Source: Candidatus Woesebacteria bacterium (GTDB taxonomy: Bacteria > Patescibacteriota > Microgenomatia > UBA1400 > PJMF01). Taken from it: a stretch of 64,000 bases of DNA. The stretch is from assembly GCA_017992725.1 (NCBI GenBank), contig JAGOOB010000001.1, positions 553-64,552 on the forward strand. Direction: 5' to 3'. How positions within the stretch are numbered: the first letter of the stretch is position 1; every line of letters starts with the position of its first letter. A model generated the notes under the pieces. That model was not told the origin of the DNA, made no database searches, and was given only the letters and a program-made list of their open reading frames with translations. The translations under genes and the position numbers were made by a program. Positions 50,840-59,252 of this stretch are shown piece after piece.

Positions 50840-51904
50840 CTAATAACTAGGCAGGAAAATCTTAACATTATCTGGTTTAATCACCACTTCTTCAAAGCCT
50901 CGTTCCACAATAATTCTAGCGGCTTTTCTTACCGCACCTTTAAGCGTGCGTTGTAACGTACGTACTCCAGCATCAAAACCTAAAGGTCTAACTAACTTAG
51001 GCCAAACCGCTTCATCAATCTTAAATTGGTTTTCTTTCAAACCAGCTTCTTTGAGAATTTCAGGCAAAATATACTTTTTGGCAATCACAATTTTCTCTTC
51101 ATCACTGTAGGACGGCATATCAATTCGTTCCATCCGGTCTAAAACAGCGGCTGAAATACGACGGGTGTTGTTACAAGTGGCAATAAAAATCGCTTGACTT
51201 AAATCTACCGGATAATTAATGTAATTATCGACAAAAGCATGATTTTGCGCAGGATCTAGCAGTTCAACCAGAACACCCATAATATCATTATTGGCTTCTT
51301 CCGCGGATCGATCGATTTCATCAAGTAAAATCACTGGATTCATCGTTTGGGCAGTACAAAGACCCTGAATTACCGCCCCAGGTTGAGCCTCCAAAATTAA
51401 GCGTGATTCACCACGCAATTCTTTGGCAGAAGCCATTCCTCCAACCGGAATTCTTAAAATTTGGCGGTTCAGGGCTTCCGCTAAAGAATATGCAAAAGTA
51501 GTTTTACCTGTTCCTACCAAACCAACTAGCAATAATACTGGCGCAGAAAATTCCTGATCAGCAAAATTTTGTTTTTGTAAATTAAGAATAGCTAAATACT
51601 CCAAAAATCGATCTTTAACCTCTTTTAAACCATAATGATGTTCATCAAGAACTACTTTAGCCTGTTGAATGTCTAAAGTGTCTTCACTTTTTTTACCAAA
51701 TGGGATCTTGGTTACCCAGTCTAAGTATCGAGAAACTTTATCATATTTCTCGTCATAATTGCCCAATTTTGCACTCCGCTCCAAAAAAACTAATTCTTTT
51801 TCCAGCTTTGATTGTAATTCTTCGGGAAGTTGAACTTGTTTAATTTTAGCTCGTAACTCATCAAGCTCCTGATTCAATATTTCATCAGAGTTAAGTTCAG
51901 ACAT
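50840..51904 (-). CDS. Lon-derived AAA+ ATPase: coiled-coil plus AAA+ module only, no N-terminal substrate domain and no protease domain
   Basis: YLDWVTKIPFGKKSE ... HYGLKEVKDRFLEYLA ... LLLVGLVGTGKT ... LLDEID ... VELLDP ... FIATCN ... DRME ... AGVRTLQR align motif-for-motif with the LonA AAA+ module. The protein ends where the Lon proteolytic domain would start. Confidence 0.8.
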   Translation of the reverse strand: MSELNSDEILNQELDELRAKIKQVQLPEELQSKLEKELVFLERSAKLGNYDEKYDKVSRYLDWVTKIPFGKKSEDTLDIQQAKVVLDEHHYGLKEVKDRFLEYLAILNLQKQNFADQEFSAPVLLLVGLVGTGKTTFAYSLAEALNRQILRIPVGGMASAKELRGESRLILEAQPGAVIQGLCTAQTMNPVILLDEIDRSAEEANNDIMGVLVELLDPAQNHAFVDNYINYPVDLSQAIFIATCNNTRRISAAVLDRMERIDMPSYSDEEKIVIAKKYILPEILKEAGLKENQFKIDEAVWPKLVRPLGFDAGVRTLQRTLKGAVRKAARIIVERGFEEVVIKPDNVKIFLPSY

Positions 51905-51911
51905 AAGTAAA

Positions 51912-52430
51912 TTAAGATTGTTTTGCCCTAAGCGTCAAGCCTAAACCGATACTTAACATCGCAACAGCTAAAAATAACAAACTAACGGTGGTAGAACCAG
52001 CATTAGGCAGGGTAGTGGTGCTAGTTGTAGCAACAGTTTCAAGATTGCCACTGGCAGTACTACTGTTACCAATTGTTAACACAAAATCTAAAGTCTCTGT
52101 TGCTGTAGATAAATCAAATTGATGCTCTCCTTCACTTAAAGACGAGATTAGCGTACTCCAACTACCCTCCTCATCTGCAGTCGCCGTTCTAGTTAAGTCA
52201 TCAATAGTAATTGAAATAACGGCCGAGGGTGAAGCTAAACCAGTTAAGGCAAAAGTCCCCCCAGAATAATTATATTCCTTCAAACTCCCACCCAAATCTA
52301 AATTAGAAACATCCATGGTACCTATGGCTGTAATTTGCAGCGCGGCCGCCCTTACTTTACTACTAAAAAAGAGTGGGAAAATAATCAATAAAGAGATAAG
52401 ACAAATTACAATTTTTTTCATATTTCTCAT
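51912..52430 (-). CDS. Secreted, cell-wall-sorted protein with an LPNAG sorting signal (sortase substrate)
   Basis: N-terminal signal peptide and S/T-rich body. The C-terminal LPNAG, hydrophobic stretch (VSLLFLAVAMLSIGLGLTL) and RAKQS form a classic tripartite sorting signal. Confidence 0.7.
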   Translation of the reverse strand: MRNMKKIVICLISLLIIFPLFFSSKVRAAALQITAIGTMDVSNLDLGGSLKEYNYSGGTFALTGLASPSAVISITIDDLTRTATADEEGSWSTLISSLSEGEHQFDLSTATETLDFVLTIGNSSTASGNLETVATTSTTTLPNAGSTTVSLLFLAVAMLSIGLGLTLRAKQS

Positions 52431-52444
52431 CTAGTCTAACATTT

Positions 52445-53383
52445 TTACTTTTTTTGTGCAGCTAGCAATTCTAACATTTGATAACGACGTAATAAACCAG
52501 TTTTAGCTCCATAATATCTCACTACGTTACTAGCGTTACGAACTCCCCAAACAATAGCCTCCTCAATTTCTCGATTATCGATCAGTGCTGCAATATAGGC
52601 CGAGGAAAAAGCATCACCAGCACCAGTATCATCAACAGTATGATCGCCCTGACCTTCAAAGACAAATTTCTTTTTTCCATACAAATAAACTTCACCACCC
52701 TTTTTCCCCATGGTAACAATTACTTGAGGAAAATTAGCTAAAATTTCTTTTTGCACTGGAGCCAACAAAGTCCACTCTTGTTGATTAACAAAAAAGACTT
52801 CACAAGGAATGTCGTTAAAATCAAATGTTCTTTTCACTAATAAATCAATCTCGGCTTTGCCTGGATTCCAAGATAATTTTGTATCTTGATCTTTAAGCAA
52901 AGTGGCAAAAATTTTAGTCAAAGTAGCCTGCTGACCAGCTATACTTGATAGATGAACCCAATTAGCTTGAGTCAGCCAGAACGCAGGAATATCGTAAGGG
53001 TCGAGCATCGATGCCGCTCCGCGATAAGTCAAAACAATTCTTTCACTATCTTTCGTAACCAACACCACACTGCCACCCGTACGCTCTAATTTTTCTCTAA
53101 CTAGTAGTTGGGTGGCCACTCCTTCTTTTTCGAAATCTCGAATAATCAAATCTGAAAATTCGTCTTGACCAGTTTCTGAAATCACTGCTACTTTGAAACC
53201 TAAACGACTGAGAGCAACAGCAGTATTACTGGCTCCACCTCCGGTAAAAATATGAAAATCACTTAAGTCTAACTTATCTCCATAGGTCAGAATCTGCTGA
53301 TTTTTATTACGTTTAGCTTCCCAATCTTTGGAACTAATAAAAATGTCGACTAGTGAAGATCCAATACTAATGCAGTTATACAT
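52445..53383 (-). CDS. PfkB-family sugar/nucleoside kinase (ribokinase-like)
   Basis: N-terminal GGGASNTA glycine motif and C-terminal DTTGAGDAF. The start was set to the internal ATG at 53383 (MYNCISIGSSLVDIF), in line with ribokinase N-termini. Confidence 0.75.
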   Translation of the reverse strand: MYNCISIGSSLVDIFISSKDWEAKRNKNQQILTYGDKLDLSDFHIFTGGGASNTAVALSRLGFKVAVISETGQDEFSDLIIRDFEKEGVATQLLVREKLERTGGSVVLVTKDSERIVLTYRGAASMLDPYDIPAFWLTQANWVHLSSIAGQQATLTKIFATLLKDQDTKLSWNPGKAEIDLLVKRTFDFNDIPCEVFFVNQQEWTLLAPVQKEILANFPQVIVTMGKKGGEVYLYGKKKFVFEGQGDHTVDDTGAGDAFSSAYIAALIDNREIEEAIVWGVRNASNVVRYYGAKTGLLRRYQMLELLAAQKK

Positions 53384-53494
53384 AAGGCAGGTTCTTTTAT
53401 TGTACAAGATACTAAACAACAATTGCAAGAACGGAGATAAAAAATAGTGATAATGAGTAAAAACAAGCAAACCATTGCCGACTCAGAATATTTT

Positions 53495-54151
53495 TTATTT
53501 TTGACGTTCCCGCATTTCATCCTCAAATAAGTGCAGTGCTACTTTAAATTCCTCCAAATTATCCACAATCCGATAAACCTTTGATTCTTTATAGCCAATT
53601 AAAAAATTCTTGTGAATAACCTCCATGACCTCATACCAAAAATGGCCATACAAGATCAGTGGTTTGTGATTGCCATAGTGGAGATGAGCCAAAAGCCAAG
53701 CCGTTGCCCATTCGCTTAACGTACCAGTCCCACCCTGAAAACAAACAAAAAGATCAGCATTGTCCATCAAACCAGCCATTCGTTCCAGATAATTGGCAGT
53801 TTTAATTTCTTGATCTACAACATTTTTTGCATCACGTCCTTCAAATTCTGGCATATCGACTGGCCTAAAAGTCACGGCTAAAGTTTTACCATTTTTTGAT
53901 TTAGCTCCCCTGGTTGCAGCTCCCATTACTCCCGGCCCACCGCCATTAACCACTATTTTATTTTGACTAGCAACATAAGCTGCCACCTCATACGCAGCCC
54001 GACACACTGGATGATCTTCTGCTATATCTGCACTGCCATAAAAAGCAACTCTATCTATCCTGGTTAAAAGCTTGACCTTGGGATTAGCTTTGGGATTAGC
54101 TTTGGGATTGGCTTTGGTAACATTAATTTTTTTTTGCTCATGATGAGTCAT
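53495..54151 (-). CDS. LOG-family nucleotide 5'-monophosphate phosphoribohydrolase (TIGR00730-type), with an N-terminal KANP x3 repeat
   Basis: GGGPGVMGA and FQGGTGTLSEW are the LOG family's two glycine motifs. The KANPKANPKANP repeat is encoded by a 12-bp x3 tandem repeat at 54079-54114. Confidence 0.75.
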   Translation of the reverse strand: MTHHEQKKINVTKANPKANPKANPKVKLLTRIDRVAFYGSADIAEDHPVCRAAYEVAAYVASQNKIVVNGGGPGVMGAATRGAKSKNGKTLAVTFRPVDMPEFEGRDAKNVVDQEIKTANYLERMAGLMDNADLFVCFQGGTGTLSEWATAWLLAHLHYGNHKPLILYGHFWYEVMEVIHKNFLIGYKESKVYRIVDNLEEFKVALHLFEDEMRERQK

Positions 54152-54813
54152 TGTAATTCCTTTTTTAACTTATTAAATTCAGTTTTAAAATTATCTGCGT
54201 TAAAGACAGCTGAACCAACAGCTATTTGATCAACACCAGCTTTTTGTAAATCTTTAATCTGTTCCTGCTTAATGCCACCATCAACCACTATTTTAATTGG
54301 TTTATTAGATTGGTTAATTTTGTTTTTTAATTCTTCAATTTTAGCAAAAATTAAAGAATTAAAAGTTTGACCTTGTGCTCCGGCCTCAACAGCCATTAAT
54401 AAGACTTGATCCAAGTACTCCCAGGCATGTTTTTCAATATTTTCTAGTGGCGTAAAAAGATTAATGGCTAAACCTGCCTGCCAACCAGCTTTTTTGATCT
54501 CTTCCAGAAAATCTAATTGGTAAGACATTTTTTCTATTTGACCAATCACTGATTGGGTTGGTAATTTTTGACCACAATCAATTAACTCCCACACATAATC
54601 CATTGGCTCTTCCGTCATTAAATGAAAATCAATTGCTAAATCGTCGAAATCAAAATCTACTAAATCCGTAGGGTTGATGGTGATATTATCAGTAAAAACC
54701 GCGTCAACAATGTCTACTTGAATCACTTTGATGGTTGGCACTTGTTTGACTAAATCCAATTGCTGAGCAAAAGTTGCCAAACTATCAGTTAAAATGGCGG
54801 GATGAATTTGCAT
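54148..54813 (-). CDS. rpe: Ribulose-phosphate 3-epimerase-like TIM barrel
   Basis: MQIHPAILTDS (compare IAPSILSAD), a D.HLM metal-binding block, VDGGI and GSAVF C-terminal motifs. Confidence 0.7.
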   Translation of the reverse strand: MQIHPAILTDSLATFAQQLDLVKQVPTIKVIQVDIVDAVFTDNITINPTDLVDFDFDDLAIDFHLMTEEPMDYVWELIDCGQKLPTQSVIGQIEKMSYQLDFLEEIKKAGWQAGLAINLFTPLENIEKHAWEYLDQVLLMAVEAGAQGQTFNSLIFAKIEELKNKINQSNKPIKIVVDGGIKQEQIKDLQKAGVDQIAVGSAVFNADNFKTEFNKLKKELQ

Positions 54814-54819
54814 AGTTAT

Positions 54820-55260
54820 TTATTTTTCGTAAGCAATAATTTGCTGAATCCTTCTTAAATGACGCTCATCTTGATCCGCTTGAGTATGCAAAATAGTATC
54901 CAGACAAGCGAGAACTTCTTCTTTAGTTAAATAATCTGCACCAAAAGCAAAAACATTGGCATGATTATCAGTGATGGCATGTTTTGCAATTTGTTGATTA
55001 TAAACATCAACTGCTCTAATACCTTTAACTTTATTAGCGGCGATTGCCATACCCGAACCAGACCGACAAAATAACAGTCCAATGCTACCAGGCTCTTGAC
55101 TAACTTTTTCAGCTACGCGAAAAGCAAATTGTGGGTAGTCATCCGCTGGATCTAATTGTTGAGGACCGAGATCAAACACTGGTCCTTCTACGCTCTCCTT
55201 AATTTCTTCTTTGAGTTTAAACCCACCGTGATCGCTAGCAATATAAATTTTCATAAACAT
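54820..55260 (-). CDS. rpiB: Ribose-5-phosphate isomerase B
   Basis: IYIASDHGGFKLKEEI ... DYP ... LLFCRSGSGMAIAANKVKGIRA is the RpiB/LacAB signature. The start is ambiguous (ATG at 55260 or 55254). Confidence 0.85.
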   Translation of the reverse strand: MFMKIYIASDHGGFKLKEEIKESVEGPVFDLGPQQLDPADDYPQFAFRVAEKVSQEPGSIGLLFCRSGSGMAIAANKVKGIRAVDVYNQQIAKHAITDNHANVFAFGADYLTKEEVLACLDTILHTQADQDERHLRRIQQIIAYEK

Positions 55261-55298
55261 ATCATAACAAAGAATTAGTAAAAGCTATAAATAAAAAA

Positions 55299-55327
55299 AT
55301 CCCGCCTTAGTAAAAAGGCGGGATCTT
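55299..55327 (-). terminator. Rho-independent terminator of the small ORF 55347-55547
   Basis: Minus strand: AAGATCCCGCCTTTTTACTAAGGCGGGATTTTTTTATTTAT, a 9-bp GC-rich stem followed by a T-run. Confidence 0.7.
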
Positions 55328-55346
55328 AATTGACAAATGAGAAAAA

Positions 55347-55547
55347 TTATTTTTTCTTCAATACTGGCATGCCAGTTCGAGTAGTTTCAACCACCATATA
55401 ACCGGCTGGAACCTCACTCAAAGAACCGTCACGGATATCTCGTGCAAAGAAATAAATAGTTTGCACCCGACCATTTTTCAAGGTCACATCACGAGTGTGA
55501 AGATAGTAGGTCTGACCCTTTTTGTTGGTATAGCTAAAAGCTGCCAT
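55347..55547 (-). CDS. Small hypothetical protein (66 aa)
   Basis: Has its own RBS (GGAAGAAGGAGAC), an upstream inverted repeat and a strong terminator. No recognisable family. Confidence 0.5.
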   Translation of the reverse strand: MAAFSYTNKKGQTYYLHTRDVTLKNGRVQTIYFFARDIRDGSLSEVPAGYMVVETTRTGMPVLKKK

Positions 55548-55684
55548 ACAAGTCTCCTTCTTCCTGGCCCCAGGCCAGAATAACTGTTAATTACTAACTG
55601 CTAGGTTAGCATACTTGATAAGTATATCAAGAAGCAATTTTAATTTTTAACTATCAAAATATATCAAATTAACTCAATATTTCT

Positions 55685-56182
55685 TTACTTTTCAATGATA
55701 CCGCGCAAAAGAGCATCCTCAAGCAATAAATCAGACTCGGTACTAACTACTACCTCAACAGGCAGAATCTCAGCCGGCACTGAAGCTGAACCTATGAATC
55801 CAGCCTTAGAATAAGTCAAAGTGAAAACTTTTTTCTTCGCGTCGCCATCAACTTCTTTTAACCAAACGGCAAAAGCCTCATCACTCTCTGGTAAATTAGC
55901 TGTAACCGTAAAATTTAATTTATCCTCCGTCAATTGATAACGGATTTCACCACTGGCTTCACCAACAGCCGTCATTTCTACCGTTGCAAAATCGGTAGTC
56001 CCACGGATGATACTTTCCTCTTCTTCTTGAGTTAAATTAGTAATCTCTAAATCACTAGATAATAAACCATTACCTTGTTCGGCCACTCGACTAGAATACC
56101 AGCGGACAAACATAAAGACCACAAAAGCAAAAGCTAAAATTGGAAAAATATAGGGAACAACTTTTTTGAATTTTTCTTGCAT
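55685..56182 (-). CDS. Hypothetical N-terminally anchored membrane protein (165 aa) with an acidic extracytoplasmic domain
   Basis: TM helix IFPILAFAFVVFMFV, then an acidic beta-rich domain. No family recognised. Confidence 0.5.
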   Translation of the reverse strand: MQEKFKKVVPYIFPILAFAFVVFMFVRWYSSRVAEQGNGLLSSDLEITNLTQEEEESIIRGTTDFATVEMTAVGEASGEIRYQLTEDKLNFTVTANLPESDEAFAVWLKEVDGDAKKKVFTLTYSKAGFIGSASVPAEILPVEVVVSTESDLLLEDALLRGIIEK

Positions 56183-56296
56183 GAGACCTTTGGCATCACT
56201 AATAACTGTTATATTATGATCCTATTTTGAAGTAGAAATAATAAGCTGTCAAGATCAGTTTATTTTTACATTATAGGTTTAAAATTCGTGGACAGC

Positions 56297-56866
56297 TCAA
56301 ATTTGAGCTTGCCAATCTCTCCCATACCACAGGCCAATTGCTAACTTAGCAATCGCCACATATTCCTCTGTCCGATCAATAAAGTTTTTAGTTAAAACAC
56401 CAATTGCTCCACTCTTTTGCTTGAGATTGGGATCATTAAACAAAGCACCCATTACCTCACCCAACTCTTTCCCGGCTAAAATCCCATCCGCTAAAACCTG
56501 GGGAAGACGAAAACGGGCACCACTCGCCGAATAAATCTGCCCAGCCTGATCTAAGACGCTAATCCAAACTGTTGACCACAATTCTTGGTGATCTTTAGCA
56601 AAGCTAGGGTGATAAACTCCACCTTCAGCTCCAACAAAAATGACCTCTTCATCCGCCGAAATTTGCTTTTTACTGAGTAGTTCTTTTTTTAAGGCTTTGG
56701 CTCGATTAATAGAACCAGTTAACGTTTCTTGATCGGTCATTGGTTGAGCCGCAACACCACTGTCCACACTGATGCCAATCACTTCTGCATCGGGATAGGT
56801 TTCACTAGCAGCCATGGCAACGGCATTAATTTTTACTGGATTTTGTGAAGCAACGAAAATCTTCAT
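56297..56866 (-). CDS. yjjX: Inosine/xanthosine triphosphatase (YjjX family, non-canonical NTP phosphatase)
   Basis: MKIFVASQNPVKINAV ... SGVAAQP ... resembles the YjjX family (compare VVCATTNPAKI ... ESGVPEQP). Confidence 0.65.
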   Translation of the reverse strand: MKIFVASQNPVKINAVAMAASETYPDAEVIGISVDSGVAAQPMTDQETLTGSINRAKALKKELLSKKQISADEEVIFVGAEGGVYHPSFAKDHQELWSTVWISVLDQAGQIYSASGARFRLPQVLADGILAGKELGEVMGALFNDPNLKQKSGAIGVLTKNFIDRTEEYVAIAKLAIGLWYGRDWQAQI

Positions 56867-56950
56867 TAGATAATTTCCTTATTAGTCAATTAATTCCGAT
56901 AGTTGCGCAATTATAAAAATTGTTAATGAATAGCCAATAGTGAACAGATC

Positions 56951-57886
56951 TTACTCACTTAAGAATCCTCTTAAAATGAGGTCCTCGGCCTCTTTAGCCG
57001 TTAGACCCCGGCTTCTGAGGTAAAGAATTTGTTCAGCTGACAATTTACCGATTGACGCCTCATGAGTCACTTGGGCATCCTGATTTGCTACTAATAATTC
57101 GGGAATCAAGGTTAATTTTGCTGTTTTGTCCAACATTAAGGCTCCACAATCTAAATGACCTTTAGCCGCAGCTTGAGCAATGATTTTAGAGCGTGCCTTC
57201 ACTGTTGCATTTTTTCTACCAACAATGCGGAGAGTGGAGATAGCGTTGGCGCCCGCCCCTTCTAAATAGGCGGTGTCTGTTAAGTCAATTTTCGTTTCCT
57301 GACAGTCCGCCAAAATCTTTAAGTCGGAGCGGGCGCCTTTGGCTAAGTGCATTTGCGCTTGCATGTTCATGACGGCGGCGGCGGCCTCAATTTTATAAGT
57401 GTAAGCGAGACTAGCACCTTCCTCTAAAAAGAATTCATAATTAGTGCTAACTCGATCATTTTTATCCCAGTCGTGTAAATGTTGATAATAAAGACTAGAT
57501 CCTTTTTTGAGAATTAATTTTCCCTTTGCCTGATGAGAACGAAAGTCACCTGCTGTAGTTGTAGTCAATGTACTTGCTGACTCACAAGTCCCTGTTAAAT
57601 CAACGTAAAGACCGGTTTCAATAACTATTAAATTATTAAGTTGTTGTTTAGTTCCAGGTTTATCTAGGGACAAACAAGCTAAAAAAGAACAATCTGGCTG
57701 TTCTTTGATCCAAATGAGATAACCTTCCTTTGGCTGGTCACCAAAGTACTGTCTAGTCCAAGGCAGATTATTCCAAGCATCCACAGAACTCATCACTTCA
57801 GAACCAGACATGTGGAGTATTTCTTCGATATGATGATCTAGTTGTTTATAAGCAGTTTTGACAGCTTTCACATTTTTGGTAGCCAT
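56951..57886 (-). CDS. sufD: SufB/SufD-family Fe-S cluster assembly scaffold protein (short, SufD-like)
   Basis: The C-terminus EQILYLRSRGLTAKEAEDLILRGF is the SufB/D hallmark. The start overlaps sufC by 40 nt. Confidence 0.7.
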   Translation of the reverse strand: MATKNVKAVKTAYKQLDHHIEEILHMSGSEVMSSVDAWNNLPWTRQYFGDQPKEGYLIWIKEQPDCSFLACLSLDKPGTKQQLNNLIVIETGLYVDLTGTCESASTLTTTTAGDFRSHQAKGKLILKKGSSLYYQHLHDWDKNDRVSTNYEFFLEEGASLAYTYKIEAAAAVMNMQAQMHLAKGARSDLKILADCQETKIDLTDTAYLEGAGANAISTLRIVGRKNATVKARSKIIAQAAAKGHLDCGALMLDKTAKLTLIPELLVANQDAQVTHEASIGKLSAEQILYLRSRGLTAKEAEDLILRGFLSE

Positions 57887-58565
57887 ATTTTTTGATAGTG
57901 CTAAGCACTTTTTTAATATCTCGACTCTGACAAATTAATTCTCCTTGACGCAAAATGGCAATGCGATCTGGTTTGATTTCTTCTAAAACTGCTCCCGAGT
58001 GAGTGATGATGAGCAGAGCCATTTGACTTTTTTTTAATTCTTTTTTTAAGGCAGTTAAGACTATTTGCAAATTTTCCATGTCCAAGCCAGAATCCAACTC
58101 ATCAATCACTAACAACCGAGGATGTTGATTTAAAACTTGAACTAATTCAGCAATCTTTTTTTCTCCTCCAGAGAAATTAACATTGATGTCCCTGAATAAA
58201 AGAGAGTCTGCTAACTGGTAATCATAATCTCCATCATGAATCTCTTGAATTAAATTCAGTAAAGTGAACAATTCAACTCCTTTGATCGCTGGTGGCTGTT
58301 GCCAAACAAAAGCAAGACCTAGCTTAGCTCGCTCTTCCGGACTTAAACTCAACAAATCTTTTTTGCGGAAAGTAATTTGGCCACTCACTACCTGATAAGT
58401 TTCATCACCCAATAAAGCTCTCACTAAAGTGGACTTACCAGCCCCATTGGCGCCCATGAGCGCTACTAATTCCCCTTCATTAATAGTTAACGACAAGTCT
58501 TTAAGAATAGCTTGATCATTGACTGCCACATTGAGCTTGTTGATCTCTAAAATTTTTTGCATCAT
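57846..58565 (-). CDS. sufC: Fe-S cluster assembly ATPase SufC
   Basis: ABC ATPase with Walker A (GANGAGKST), the LSGGEKK signature and Walker B (LLVIDELDSG); SufC-typical length. Confidence 0.88.
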   Translation of the reverse strand: MMQKILEINKLNVAVNDQAILKDLSLTINEGELVALMGANGAGKSTLVRALLGDETYQVVSGQITFRKKDLLSLSPEERAKLGLAFVWQQPPAIKGVELFTLLNLIQEIHDGDYDYQLADSLLFRDINVNFSGGEKKIAELVQVLNQHPRLLVIDELDSGLDMENLQIVLTALKKELKKSQMALLIITHSGAVLEEIKPDRIAILRQGELICQSRDIKKVLSTIKKYGYQKCESCQNCL

Positions 58566-58631
58566 TGATTGTTGTACTTAGTGATTTGTTGTAGTTGTTG
58601 ATTTGTTGTATTTATTGATGGTTGTACTTAA
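58564..58631. repeat. Tandem repeat: 17-bp unit (consensus ttgatttgttgtactta) x4, upstream of sufC and overlapping the last codons of the Nudix-like gene
   Basis: Read directly: attgattgttgtactta / gtgatttgttgtagttg / ttgatttgttgtattta / ttgatggttgtacttaa. Confidence 0.6.
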
Positions 58632-59124
58632 TGAATGCACTGCTAATCATCTCTTTAATAAACTGACCTTTTTCTCCAGCAAAATCATAATTATCCAACT
58701 CGTCACGACTGATCCACGCTTGTGCTTGGTGCTCGTCGGAAATGCTAATGTCGGCTTGGTCTGTTTCGCGAAACTCCACCGCCCAGCCACAGATAATTGT
58801 ATAAATTTGTCGATCAGCTTCGAAATAGCTAGAAAAATAAACCAAATGATCTAAATTAAAAAGTTTGGGATCAACTGTTAAGTGGCTTTCTTCTTTGACT
58901 TCACGAGCAATGTCTAATTGATGCAAGTTAGCAGCGCTCTCTTGCATTTTTGCTGGCCACTCGGCATTGCCACCTGGCAGATCCCAGGCATTAGGTCGGG
59001 AACTAGCGTCACTGGCCCTTTTTAAAATCAGAGCCTGAGGTTGCCCACTGGCGCTGTTGATAATGACCACTTTATGTAAAAATTTGACTCGATCGGTTAG
59101 TTGCTGTTTCATAAGAATCTCCAC
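58612..59124 (-). CDS. NUDIX-like hydrolase (divergent Nudix box)
   Basis: LPGGNAEW...AAREVKEES resembles a Nudix box GX5EX7REUXEEXGU carrying an insertion. Moderate confidence. Confidence 0.5.
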   Translation of the reverse strand: MEILMKQQLTDRVKFLHKVVIINSASGQPQALILKRASDASSRPNAWDLPGGNAEWPAKMQESAANLHQLDIAREVKEESHLTVDPKLFNLDHLVYFSSYFEADRQIYTIICGWAVEFRETDQADISISDEHQAQAWISRDELDNYDFAGEKGQFIKEMISSAFIKYNHQ

Positions 59125-59252
59125 TTAGCGATTATATCAGTTAAAATGTAAACCAAGCTAACTCTTCTGATTTTTTTACCAGCCAGACGGTTCTGATAAT
59201 TCACCCGAGCAATTCAGTGTAACAAAATCGCGGTTTAAGTGCTGACGTAAAC

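Noticed and set aside
56292-56307. Palindrome AGCTCAAATTTGAGCT at the yjjX stop codon, as a terminator
   Set aside because: No T-run follows it on the coding strand. It is noted only as a possible hairpin.
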